Shown: positions 9,539-19,297 of the stretch, one piece after another
Layout of the letters: every line of letters starts with the position of its first letter
Numbering within the stretch: the stretch's first letter is position 1
Source: an uncultured Bacteroidota bacterium
GTDB lineage: Bacteria; Bacteroidota; Bacteroidia; Flavobacteriales; BACL11
Assembly (NCBI GenBank): GCA_902587125.1
Contig: CACIJW010000001.1
Location: 205,566 to 269,565 of the forward strand
Length of the DNA: 64,000 bases
Direction: 5' to 3'
Made by a program: the position numbers and the translations under genes
The notes under the pieces: generated by a model
Database searches by the model: none
Seen by the model: only the letters and a program-made list of their open reading frames with translations
What the model was told of the DNA's origin: nothing

Positions 9539-10328
9539 TAACTTCAAAAATTATTGGTTTACTAGGCGCTGCATCAGAAACAAATGAAGGGGTTTGTATA
9601 TTTAAAAGATATTTTCCATCAATAATATCGTTAGAGACAAATATCATTTCAGTGATAGTTTTTCCTCTTGCGGCCAAATTAAGTTTTTTATTATTTGTTT
9701 CCCAAAAAATATTATGACAAGTTAATTTACCTTCATCTAGTAACCTATCAACAGAAGGAAAATCAACAAGTAAATGTTTTACACCTAACTCAACAATATA
9801 ATTCATTGCTTCTATTGTAAAAAAGGGAGACTCATTACCAGAATATTTTTTTTTCAACTTATTTTCATTATTTGGAACTGTTCTTATGATTAGCCCATCT
9901 AAAAATGAAGTGTCAACACTTGAAAGTTTACTTTCTATTTCTTTTTTTGTTACTACTAAATCATCATTATTTAAGCGCGGTGAATAAGTTTCATTTGTTA
10001 CAGAGGGTGTCAAAGTAATTAAAGTTGCCGGCATAAACATGTCTCTTAATGAATTATTTATGCTAACACGTTCGTCTGTAATATGACCTATACACTCAGT
10101 ATGTGTACCGTTGCAGTGTGGAGTTAAAGTATAGGTTTCAAAATTACATGGACCTCCAAGCCTGGTATCTCCTACGAAACTGTTGTCTTTATATGCAAAA
10201 GAGCTAGCTTGATTAACGTTATAGGTATTTGGTTGCTCGCCGTTAAATTTTAAAGGAATAGATAAATCAGTAAATTTTTTAAAATTTATAAAATAAGATT
10301 TGGCACCAACTTTTATTTCAGCATTCAT
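9528..10328 (-). CDS. kynB: Cyclase-family kynurenine formamidase
   Basis: PHCNGTHTEC metal motif, LLVDFPSVDR, SDAAPS; lies inside the kynurenine cluster. Confidence 0.8.
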   Translation of the reverse strand: MNAEIKVGAKSYFINFKKFTDLSIPLKFNGEQPNTYNVNQASSFAYKDNSFVGDTRLGGPCNFETYTLTPHCNGTHTECIGHITDERVSINNSLRDMFMPATLITLTPSVTNETYSPRLNNDDLVVTKKEIESKLSSVDTSFLDGLIIRTVPNNENKLKKKYSGNESPFFTIEAMNYIVELGVKHLLVDFPSVDRLLDEGKLTCHNIFWETNNKKLNLAARGKTITEMIFVSNDIIDGKYLLNIQTPSFVSDAAPSKPIIFEVNEV

Positions 10329-10344
10329 TTATTATGATTTAATC

Positions 10345-11370
10345 TTAATTGTAATTTAACCAGTTTAAAACATTCTTATGCCAGATGTCTTTACCCTCTT
10401 GTTCTGTAAAGATACCTGTTTCTACAGCATAATCTAGTACCCTTCCTGGGTATGAGGTTCCTACACCCTCCATCTCTCCCAATGGAAATGGATCATCTAA
10501 ACCCATCATTATTTGACTTACTCCTACTCGCTTTTTAAGTAAGTCTAATGTATAAGAATCATGAACTAATGTATCAAAGAATAAATTTTTATGCCCTAGC
10601 GACTTCCTTGGGTCATGTAATTTTTCAAAGATATCAGGACGACCATCATATCCTTGAATTCTTCTGCCGTAATTCGCAATGCCCAGCATCCCTCCATGAG
10701 CAAAACAAATTCTTATTTTTGGAAATCGATTAGGGAGATCTCTTAAAGTGTATATATGTAAAGTATCAGCGCATTGAGCCATCATCCATATTAAGTGAAA
10801 CCTCCAATACTCATTTTTTAAAGCTATCATTTTTTCTCCATCATAAGGATGAATTTGAATTGCTAGCTCATGTTTATTTGCAAGTTCGTATATAGGATCC
10901 AAGTGCTTATCTGCAGTAGATAACCATTCACCTTTTTTGTTTAAAAAATGTGTTGGAAGACATAAAACTTTTAAATCTAGTTCATTAACACATCTATCAA
11001 TTTCTCTAAATGCATGTTCCATGTATAATGGCTGTACAACAAATCCACAGGTAAAAATTTCTGGAAAATCACTTTGAACTGAAGCATTAAAATCGTTTTG
11101 AAAAGTAATACCGTCTATACAATCTTGTTTTTCCCAACCATTACAATAAAGCTGAGAAAGGCATAACATTACTCCATGATCAATTTTGTTTTGTCTCATC
11201 CACTCTATCTTTTCCTTTAAAAAAAAACTTGATCCAGTTATTGGTCTAGACCAATTTCCTTGCCTCATAAATTTTTTATCATTGTCAATCCAAAACAATT
11301 TCTTGTCTTTCATGAACTTTGGAATCTGATTAGGTTCCGGAAGTATATGTCCATGTCCATTAATTCTCAT
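10345..11370 (-). CDS. 2-amino-3-carboxymuconate-6-semialdehyde decarboxylase (ACMSD, amidohydrolase family)
   Basis: HGHILP (HxH), FAHGG, DTLVHD, MGLDDPFPLGE; directly downstream of 3-HAO. Confidence 0.88.
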   Translation of the reverse strand: MRINGHGHILPEPNQIPKFMKDKKLFWIDNDKKFMRQGNWSRPITGSSFFLKEKIEWMRQNKIDHGVMLCLSQLYCNGWEKQDCIDGITFQNDFNASVQSDFPEIFTCGFVVQPLYMEHAFREIDRCVNELDLKVLCLPTHFLNKKGEWLSTADKHLDPIYELANKHELAIQIHPYDGEKMIALKNEYWRFHLIWMMAQCADTLHIYTLRDLPNRFPKIRICFAHGGMLGIANYGRRIQGYDGRPDIFEKLHDPRKSLGHKNLFFDTLVHDSYTLDLLKKRVGVSQIMMGLDDPFPLGEMEGVGTSYPGRVLDYAVETGIFTEQEGKDIWHKNVLNWLNYN

Positions 11371-11381
11371 ACAAAAGAATT

Positions 11382-11915
11382 TTATTCACTAACATATCTC
11401 TTATCAGCTTCCATTACTTCACCAGTTTTTGGGCACGTTCTCAATTTTTCACTTGAGTAAAATCTTTTAAAAACTGGCAAAAAGTCTTTTTCGATATTTG
11501 TTAAATGAAAGTACTCCTCGTAAAGTAATTCATTAGCAGTATCGGAGAACCACATCAACCCATCCCTATCATCTTTCTTTCTTTTTCTTTCAATTACTAA
11601 ACCTATTGAGCCTTCAGATCTAACTGGTGAGTGAGGTACTTTTGGTGGTAGTAAAAACATTTCTCCTTCATTAATTGGAACTTCAACAAGTTTACCATCT
11701 TGTTGAGTTTTAACAACAATACTTCCTTCAATCTGATAAAAAAGCTCTTCTGTTTCATTATAATGATAATCTTTCCTTGCGTTTGGTCCAGCCACAATCA
11801 TTACTATATAATCTTCGGATTCAACATATAGATTTTTGTTTCCCACAGGTGGTTTTAAGAGGTGTCTATTTTCATCAATCCATTTTTGTAAGTTAAAAGG
11901 TTTTTTAATGTTCAT
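11382..11915 (-). CDS. nbaC: 3-hydroxyanthranilate 3,4-dioxygenase
   Basis: LKPPVGNK, GPNARKDYHYNETEELFYQ, PHSPVR cupin motifs. The rubredoxin-like Cys pairs of some bacterial HAOs are not intact (only CPKTG). Confidence 0.95.
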   Translation of the reverse strand: MNIKKPFNLQKWIDENRHLLKPPVGNKNLYVESEDYIVMIVAGPNARKDYHYNETEELFYQIEGSIVVKTQQDGKLVEVPINEGEMFLLPPKVPHSPVRSEGSIGLVIERKRKKDDRDGLMWFSDTANELLYEEYFHLTNIEKDFLPVFKRFYSSEKLRTCPKTGEVMEADKRYVSE

Positions 11916-11925
11916 AATAAATGTT

Positions 11926-12342
11926 TTAAATTGTTGCTATTACTTTTAATTCTATTGCTATTGGTGTCGGTAACGACTTTATTTCTATTGTTGTTCTAGT
12001 AGGCTGATTATCTGAAAAATAATCAGCATAAATTTTATTGTACTTTTTAAAGTCATCTTTCATGTTAGTCAGAAAAACCTGTACATCAATTATCTTTTCC
12101 CAGCATGAGCCACAGTCCTCTAAAATAACTTTAATATTGTTAAAGACAGAGTGACACTGCTTTTCAATATCGTAATCTACTATTTTGCCTTCATTATTTA
12201 GAGTTACTCCAGGAATATCTTTGCTATCTAATGTTCGTGGCCCTACTCCAGATAAAAAGAGTAAGTTTCCAAACTTTCTTGCATGTGGATATAGCCCAAC
12301 AGCCTGAGGTGCTCTACTGGAATTTAATTTTTCTCCGTTCAT
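11926..12342 (-). CDS. RidA family protein, probable 2-aminomuconate deaminase
   Basis: GLYPHA, LFLSGVGPR, PTRTT, IAIELK; between HAO and the semialdehyde dehydrogenase. Confidence 0.8.
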   Translation of the reverse strand: MNGEKLNSSRAPQAVGLYPHARKFGNLLFLSGVGPRTLDSKDIPGVTLNNEGKIVDYDIEKQCHSVFNNIKVILEDCGSCWEKIIDVQVFLTNMKDDFKKYNKIYADYFSDNQPTRTTIEIKSLPTPIAIELKVIATI

Positions 12343-12345
12343 AAA

Positions 12346-13788
12346 TTAAATTTTTACACAAATATTTTTTGGTTCAGTAAAAAACTTAAGTGAATTAAAA
12401 CCTCCCTCTCTTCCCACACCAGAGTTTTTCATTCCTCCAAACGGGATTCTTAAATCTCTTAACAGCCATGTATTAATCCAAATAACACCTGAGTCAATTT
12501 TAGCAGCCACTCTATGTCCTCTACTAATATCTTTAGTAAAAATAGATGCTGACAATCCAAACTCACTAGAGTTAGCCATCATTATTACATCATCTTCACT
12601 TTCAAAAGGGATTAGTGTTACAACAGGACCAAAAATTTCTTCATTGTTAATTGAACAATCATATGCTAAATTTTCAAAAACTGTCGGTTGAATATAATAA
12701 CCATTTTTAAGCTCTCCCTCCAGTATCAATCTTTCTCCTCCACAAAGTAAAATACCACCTAATTTTTTGGCTTCATTAATTTTTAATAAAATTTTGTTCA
12801 TATGCTCCTCTGAAACGACAGCACCTAAATGGCTATTAGAACTTTTTGGGTCACCAACAATGAGTTTTTTTGCTTTATCAACTAACGCAGATTTAAATTT
12901 TTCATAAATTTTATTTTGCACAAATACTCTTGAGCCACACAAACAAATCTGACCTTGATTAGTAAATGCAGCTCTTGAAGCAGTACTTACTGCTTTGTCA
13001 AAGTCACAGTCATCGAAGATTATATTTGGATTTTTACCACCAAGTTCTAGTGATAGTTTTTTAAAGTACGGTGCTGTTATTTTTGAGATGTGTTTTCCTG
13101 TGTCACTTCCTCCTGTAAATGAAACAATTGGCACATCCTGATGAGTTGTTAGAGCATCCCCAAGCTTTTCTCCTCTACCATGTACTATATTAAGAACTCC
13201 TTTTGGGAAATTAATTTCTTTACAGATCTTACTGAGTAAATATGCAGTCATAGGCGTTATCTCAGAGGGCTTAGCTACAACTGTATTTCCTGTAGCTAAA
13301 GCAGGTGCAATTTTCCAAGTTAGTAGGTATAATGGTAAATTCCAAGGAGAAATACATGCAGCAACTCCAATTGGAACTCTGAGTGTATAATTAATTGCTT
13401 CTCCGTCCATCTCATGAACATCAGAGCTATCATGTAAAATAGCGCCAGCAAAAAATCTCAAGTTAGCTGAGGCTCTTGGTATATCAACTTTAGCTGCCAA
13501 GCTTAAAGGTTTACCGTTATCTCTACTTTCTGCTGCTACCAACATATCAAAATTTTCTTCAATAGCATCAGCTAATTTGTTCAAAATATCTGATCTTTCT
13601 TGCTTTGTAGTTTTACTCCAAAAAGAGTATGCAACCTTAGCAGATTTAACAGCTTCATTAACATCATCTGCACAAGAGTCGGGAACTAAACTATATGCTT
13701 TACCACATGATGGATCTATATTTTCAATATAGATTTTTGAGCTTGGTTCAATTAGTTCTCCGTTTATATAATTTAAAATTTTTTCCAT
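12346..13788 (-). CDS. 2-aminomuconic 6-semialdehyde dehydrogenase (ALDH8A1-like)
   Basis: SPWNLPLYLLTWKIAPALA, FTGG, LELGGKNP, NQGQICLCGSR, EEIFGPV; operon context. Confidence 0.88.
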   Translation of the reverse strand: MEKILNYINGELIEPSSKIYIENIDPSCGKAYSLVPDSCADDVNEAVKSAKVAYSFWSKTTKQERSDILNKLADAIEENFDMLVAAESRDNGKPLSLAAKVDIPRASANLRFFAGAILHDSSDVHEMDGEAINYTLRVPIGVAACISPWNLPLYLLTWKIAPALATGNTVVAKPSEITPMTAYLLSKICKEINFPKGVLNIVHGRGEKLGDALTTHQDVPIVSFTGGSDTGKHISKITAPYFKKLSLELGGKNPNIIFDDCDFDKAVSTASRAAFTNQGQICLCGSRVFVQNKIYEKFKSALVDKAKKLIVGDPKSSNSHLGAVVSEEHMNKILLKINEAKKLGGILLCGGERLILEGELKNGYYIQPTVFENLAYDCSINNEEIFGPVVTLIPFESEDDVIMMANSSEFGLSASIFTKDISRGHRVAAKIDSGVIWINTWLLRDLRIPFGGMKNSGVGREGGFNSLKFFTEPKNICVKI

Positions 13789-14567
13789 TACAAGCTAGTA
13801 GTTCTTCCACCGTCAACTGGCAGATTAATACCATTAATGTAGCTAGCTGATGGACTACATAAAAAAGCAATAGCATCCGCGACCTCAACCGCTTCTCCAA
13901 ATCTATTAGCTGGCACGCTGGAAATCATTTTTTTAGTAATCTCTTCGACACTCTTATTTAAGGTTTTAGATTTTGTCTCAATTAAAGTTTTTAATCTATT
14001 TGTATCAGTAAAGCCTGGTAAAACGTTATTAACTGTGATTCCATGTTCAGCCAACTCAAAAGAAAGAGTCTTCGCCCAATTTGCAACTGCTGCTCTAATT
14101 GTATTTGAAACACCCAAGCCAGGAATGGGAGATTTAACAGATGTTGAAATAATATTTACAATTCTTCCAAACCCTTCTTTTTTCATGCCCTCAACAACAT
14201 GCTGAACAAGAATATGATTGTTAATTAAATGCATTTCGAAAGCCTTATTAAATTCATTTAGATTTGCATCAATGAGCTTGCCTGAAGCAGGGCCACCGGT
14301 ATTATTTATTAATATATGAATAGGTGATTTAATCTTTTTAATTTCTTGTTCGAGCCTGCCGGAGTTTTGAAAATCAATACATAAATAATTATGAACTTGG
14401 CCCTTGGTATTATCTAAACGCTGTGATATTTGTTTAAGTTTTGTTTCGTTTCTGGCAAGCAAATAAATATTTGCACCAAGTTTAGCTAGCACTTCAGCAG
14501 TTGCCAAACCTATTCCTTGAGTAGATCCACAAACAACTGCATTCAAATTGGTTAATTCTAAATTCAT
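13788..14567 (-). CDS. Atypical short-chain dehydrogenase/reductase (SxxxR in place of YxxxK)
   Basis: CGSTQGIG, INNTGGP, VSNTIR at the catalytic position, NNVLPG, GINLPVDGG. Confidence 0.9.
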   Translation of the reverse strand: MNLELTNLNAVVCGSTQGIGLATAEVLAKLGANIYLLARNETKLKQISQRLDNTKGQVHNYLCIDFQNSGRLEQEIKKIKSPIHILINNTGGPASGKLIDANLNEFNKAFEMHLINNHILVQHVVEGMKKEGFGRIVNIISTSVKSPIPGLGVSNTIRAAVANWAKTLSFELAEHGITVNNVLPGFTDTNRLKTLIETKSKTLNKSVEEITKKMISSVPANRFGEAVEVADAIAFLCSPSASYINGINLPVDGGRTTSL

Positions 14568-14569
14568 AA

Positions 14570-15649
14570 TTAATTACTAAATCCTAGTTTGCTTTTAATT
14601 TTATCTGGTAATTCTGGCATAAAAGATCTTGAAAGCAGCAAAGTTGATATCTTTGAAATATCGTTAAATATTCTGTTCTGATAAACAGTATTTTTGAGAT
14701 AATCTGCTCCGTCACTACCTCCGGTTCCAATTTTTTTACCTAACATTTTATCAACCATTTGAGCATGTCTAAATCTCCAATTTGAAATGATATGATCAAT
14801 ATCTAATAGATTTTTAAGAAATCTGTAAGGCATGTGAAGTATAGGTTGGTCCTTGTATTGGAAAATAAGCAGTGCTGATATTAAAGCATTCTTTGAAAAA
14901 GCGTTTGAGTTTTTTTCTTCAAAGCTAGCTTTTGATACTATCTCTTTATAATATTCTTTTGATCCCTCCAACATTTTGATCCTAATGTTCTTTTCGTTGT
15001 CCGTGAGAATATCACTGGACTTAATACTATTCATTTCTTTACTCATCATATTTTCAATTGCTGTAGTGTAATGTTCCACAAAATCAAAATCCTCGTAATT
15101 GACAAATGGATTTCTATTTAACCATTTTTCAACTAAATCAAAAATTGATTGTTGATCTTCTAATGTCAAGATTTCTTTTTTCTCTTCTGCTGAAAACTGA
15201 TCATGATATGGACAGTTTCCAAAAGAATGTCTTTGATTAATTTTCAATCCAAGCATAACTTCGATTTTTCTAAACTGATGACTTTGAAAGCCTGATGCTG
15301 GCGAAAGATAGTCTCTAAAATCAAGAAAGTCGATTGAAGTCATTGTTTCTAATACATCAATCTGTTTAACTAGCAAGTTCAATATTTCTTTTATCCGATC
15401 CGTTCTTTTTACAACTTTGATAATCTCTTTTTCATCAATTTTTTCGTCTTTGATAGTGTCTTTGACTGATTTGATCTCGTGAATAATTTGTTTAAACCAG
15501 AGCTCATAAGCTTGATGAATAATTATAAACAACATTTCGTCATGTGACTCATCACCTAATTCTTTGCTCATTGGAAACTGAGCATGAAGAATTTTATCTA
15601 GCTTTAAGTAATTTTGATAATGTAGGGCTGTTTTTTTTAAATCTACCAA
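14570..15649 (-). CDS. kynA: Tryptophan 2,3-dioxygenase (long form, TTG start)
   Basis: YLKLDKILHAQ, HDEMLFIIIHQAYELWFKQ, FRDYLSPASGFQSHQFR, WRFRHAQMV, GTGGSDG. Confidence 0.96.
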   Translation of the reverse strand: MVDLKKTALHYQNYLKLDKILHAQFPMSKELGDESHDEMLFIIIHQAYELWFKQIIHEIKSVKDTIKDEKIDEKEIIKVVKRTDRIKEILNLLVKQIDVLETMTSIDFLDFRDYLSPASGFQSHQFRKIEVMLGLKINQRHSFGNCPYHDQFSAEEKKEILTLEDQQSIFDLVEKWLNRNPFVNYEDFDFVEHYTTAIENMMSKEMNSIKSSDILTDNEKNIRIKMLEGSKEYYKEIVSKASFEEKNSNAFSKNALISALLIFQYKDQPILHMPYRFLKNLLDIDHIISNWRFRHAQMVDKMLGKKIGTGGSDGADYLKNTVYQNRIFNDISKISTLLLSRSFMPELPDKIKSKLGFSN

Positions 15650-15681
15650 TTAATATTTTTCATTAAAAATAGTAAAGATGA

Positions 15682-16488
15682 TTAGATTTCAAAACCATTT
15701 AGGATAAAAAGTATTGTAGGCATGAGTATAAATATTCCCTCAAACAAAAATGAACATTTTTGTGATGTAAATTGATTGCTTTTTAAGAACAAAAATACAG
15801 ACAGCAAAATCGTAGTAATCAAGAAAGTAAGAAAGAATTCTAAATCAACATAATTAAAATGCCAAATTATGAATGTTATGAGAGTTGAAATTGATGATAA
15901 TATAATAGATAATATTTTTGACTTTTGAATTCCTAGCTTTATTGGAATAGTTACAAGTTTAGACTTATCAAACTCTATATCTCTTATATCAAAAGGAATC
16001 GTTATCGCTAAGACTTTCAAATAGATTGCTAAGAAAATAAGTATTATTTTTTCGTCTATTGCAACCAATAATTCGACTGCAGGTAAAAGAACTGAAAAGT
16101 ATGACCAAGAAAATGCAATCATAAATATTTTAAAATACTTAATCTTTCTTAAATATGAATAAAAAAAGATGAATGGAGTTAACACAATAAAGCTTATTGC
16201 GGAAATTAATTTTAAATTAAACAACAAATAAATTAGAATAAAGAGAAGTAATATAAAGAGTAATTTGTTAAGACTAAATTTATTCATCGAAATAAAGCCC
16301 TGATTATCATTTTCTTTTAAATTGTTTATAAAATTATAGGCTAAAAAACAAGAAAAAAAGGAAAATGATAAAATTTTAAATGAAAAAAATTTTAATCCTA
16401 TCATAACCAGTAAACATAGAAAAGAAAAGGAAAAAGAAACCCAAAAATGATAGCGAACTAAATATTTAAAAAAAGATTTAAAAAACAA
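15682..16488 (-). CDS. UbiA prenyltransferase-like integral membrane protein
   Basis: About 8 TM helices; PFDIRDIEFD Asp-rich motif followed by LVTIP; the first Asp-rich motif is degenerate. Confidence 0.6.
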   Translation of the reverse strand: MFFKSFFKYLVRYHFWVSFSFSFLCLLVMIGLKFFSFKILSFSFFSCFLAYNFINNLKENDNQGFISMNKFSLNKLLFILLLFILIYLLFNLKLISAISFIVLTPFIFFYSYLRKIKYFKIFMIAFSWSYFSVLLPAVELLVAIDEKIILIFLAIYLKVLAITIPFDIRDIEFDKSKLVTIPIKLGIQKSKILSIILSSISTLITFIIWHFNYVDLEFFLTFLITTILLSVFLFLKSNQFTSQKCSFLFEGIFILMPTILFILNGFEI

Positions 16489-19240
16489 TGTTTACAATCT
16501 TTCCTGGAACAATAATTATTTTTTTTGGAGATTTCCCTGATAAATAATGAGCTGTTTTTTCATTTTCTAAAACACATTTTTGAATGTAATCCTTATCTGA
16601 ATCCCTACTGAAATCCAGTTTGAATCTAGTTTTGCCATTAAATGAAATTGGATATTGAACGTTTTTCTTTAATATTTTAGTTGGATCATAATCAGGCATT
16701 TTAGCAAATGCAACAGAAGTTTTATTTCCTAATTTTTGCCAAATCTCCTCAGCAATGTGGGGCGCAAAAGGTGAAAGTAAAATCGTAAAGTCTTTTACTA
16801 TGGATCTTTTATTACATTTAAGATCTCTGAGTTTGTTTAAACAAATCATCATAGAACTAACAATTGTATTAAATGAAAATCTTTTCAAATCCTCATTAAT
16901 TTTATTAATTGTTAAATGTATAGTATTTAACTCCTCATCACTTGGCTGATCGTTTGAAACTAAGAAGCAATTTTTATCATCGTGAACTAAATCCCAAAGT
17001 TTTTTTAAAAAATTATGTACACCAGTAATTCCGTTTGTGTCCCAAGGTTTATATTGCTCTAGTGGACCTAAAAACATTTCATATAATCTTAGAGTATCTG
17101 CTCCATATTTTAAAATTAGTTCGTCTGGAGTTTGAGTATTATACTTAGACTTACTCATCTTTTCAACTTCAAAGCCACAAACATATTGTTGTTTTTCATT
17201 TAATATAAAGCTAGAATCTTTGTATTCATCTTTTGATGACCTAAAAGATTCAACATTAAGAATATCATTTTTTACAAGTTTAATATCAACATAAAGATTT
17301 ATACAGTCATAGTTATTTTTTAAATCATAACTTACAAAAGTATTTTTGTTTTTTAATTTGTAAACAAAATTTGACCTTCCTAGAATCATCCCTTGATTGA
17401 TTAATTTTTTGAAGGGTTCATCGAAAGGTATTATTTGAATATCAAATAAGAACTTAGTCCAAAATCTGGAATACATTAAATGACCAACAGCATGCTCGGC
17501 ACCACCAATATATAAATCTACTTGATTCCAATAGTTTAGTTTTTTAGCGTCACAAAAAATCTTATCATTTTTTGGATCAATAAATCTTATAAAATACCAT
17601 GATGACCCAGCCCATCCAGGCATTACATTATAATCTAATCTATCGCCACGAAAAACATTCCAGTCTTCTTTTTTTGCACGCGCTAAAGGAGGCAATCCTT
17701 CTTTAGTTGGTTTGTATTCATCAATTTCAGGTAAAATAGGAGTTTCATTATCTGGAAAGATCTTTGGAATGTCATTTTCATAATAAACAGGAAATGGTTC
17801 TCCCCAATATCTTTGCCTACTAAATATAGCATCTCGTTGTTTGAAGTTAGTTCTACTGAAACCTAATTTTTTAATCTCTAAAAAACTAACTATCTTCTGC
17901 GAAGCTTCAATTGATGACAATCCATTTACAAAACCTGAGTCTTTTAAAATTATTTCTTTTTCTTCGTGTGCAGATTTGGAAATATCAACTCCCTTGAAAA
18001 TATTTTTAATTTCTAAATCAAATTTATTTGCAAATGACCAATCTCTTTGATCACCACACGGCACAGCCATAATTGCTCCAGTACCGTAGTCTATCAACAC
18101 GTAATCAGAAATCCAAATTGGCATCTTTTTATTCGTTATTGGGTGTAAGGCATACATGCCAGAAAAAACACCAGTAATTAGTTTAGATTTTTTTCTTTCA
18201 ATTTCTGTTTTTTGCTTGCAGTCTTTAACATAAGCTGAAACATGTTTACTCTCAATAAATTCTTTAATCATTGGATGCTCTGGTGACAATACCAAAAAGG
18301 TTACTCCAAAAATGGTGTCTGGTCTTGTGGTATATACTTCAATTGATGCATTTTCCTTTTCATCAATCTTAAAGAAAATAGAAGCTCCAGTTGATTTTCC
18401 AATCCAATTTTTTTGAATCTCTTTGATTGAGCTTGGCCAGTCAATTTTATTTAAATCCTCAAGCAGTCTATTAGAGTATGCAGTAATCCTAAGGGCCCAT
18501 TGTTTCATTTTTCTTTTAATAACAGGGTACCCTCCTCTCTCTGAAAAACCATCCTTGACCTCGTCATTTGCCAAAACTGTTCCTAGTTCTTCACACCAAT
18601 TCACTGTGGTTTCAGTTAAAAATGCTAACCTAAATTTATGCAAAATGTTTTCTTTTTCAGAATCAGAAAAATTCATCCATTCAACATTTGTAAATGGGTA
18701 GATTTTCGAACTGCTGAAAGCGAAATCTTTGGAAAATCCATTTAATTTAAACTCGTCAATCAAATTAGAAATTGACATAGCTTTATCTTCTTTTAATGAG
18801 TAAAAACTATCATAAAGCCTTCTAAAAATCCATTGAGTCCATTTATAATATGAACTATTTGAAGTCAAAATTTTTCTGTCCCAGTCATATGCAAAGCCCA
18901 TTTTTTTTAACTGTTTTTCATAGCGCTTTGTATTTACAGCAGTTGCTTTGGCAGGGTGTATTCCCGTTTCAATAGCATATTGTTCTGTTGGCAATCCAAA
19001 TGAATCGTAGCCCATTGGGTGTAATACATTATATCCATTTAAGATCTTATACCTCGCATATATATCTGAAGCAATATATCCAAGAGGATGACCAACATGT
19101 AGCCCTGAACCTGAAGGATAGGGGAACATGTCAAGAACATAAAACTTTGGCTTATTTGAATCTTGCTTTACAGAAAAAGTTTTGTTTTTTTCCCAAAAAT
19201 GTTGCCATTTATTTTCTATTTCAATAAAATTATACTTCAA
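16478..19240 (-). CDS. leuS: Leucine--tRNA ligase (TTG start)
   Basis: DMFPYPSGSGLHVGH, QKNWIGKS, YTTRPDT, RQRYWGEP, KMSKS. Confidence 0.98.
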   Translation of the reverse strand: MKYNFIEIENKWQHFWEKNKTFSVKQDSNKPKFYVLDMFPYPSGSGLHVGHPLGYIASDIYARYKILNGYNVLHPMGYDSFGLPTEQYAIETGIHPAKATAVNTKRYEKQLKKMGFAYDWDRKILTSNSSYYKWTQWIFRRLYDSFYSLKEDKAMSISNLIDEFKLNGFSKDFAFSSSKIYPFTNVEWMNFSDSEKENILHKFRLAFLTETTVNWCEELGTVLANDEVKDGFSERGGYPVIKRKMKQWALRITAYSNRLLEDLNKIDWPSSIKEIQKNWIGKSTGASIFFKIDEKENASIEVYTTRPDTIFGVTFLVLSPEHPMIKEFIESKHVSAYVKDCKQKTEIERKKSKLITGVFSGMYALHPITNKKMPIWISDYVLIDYGTGAIMAVPCGDQRDWSFANKFDLEIKNIFKGVDISKSAHEEKEIILKDSGFVNGLSSIEASQKIVSFLEIKKLGFSRTNFKQRDAIFSRQRYWGEPFPVYYENDIPKIFPDNETPILPEIDEYKPTKEGLPPLARAKKEDWNVFRGDRLDYNVMPGWAGSSWYFIRFIDPKNDKIFCDAKKLNYWNQVDLYIGGAEHAVGHLMYSRFWTKFLFDIQIIPFDEPFKKLINQGMILGRSNFVYKLKNKNTFVSYDLKNNYDCINLYVDIKLVKNDILNVESFRSSKDEYKDSSFILNEKQQYVCGFEVEKMSKSKYNTQTPDELILKYGADTLRLYEMFLGPLEQYKPWDTNGITGVHNFLKKLWDLVHDDKNCFLVSNDQPSDEELNTIHLTINKINEDLKRFSFNTIVSSMMICLNKLRDLKCNKRSIVKDFTILLSPFAPHIAEEIWQKLGNKTSVAFAKMPDYDPTKILKKNVQYPISFNGKTRFKLDFSRDSDKDYIQKCVLENEKTAHYLSGKSPKKIIIVPGKIVNIVF

Positions 19241-19297
19241 TATTTTTGAAAGTTCTTGATTTGGGTAAAGATAAATACTTTATTTATTTTAGCAGTG

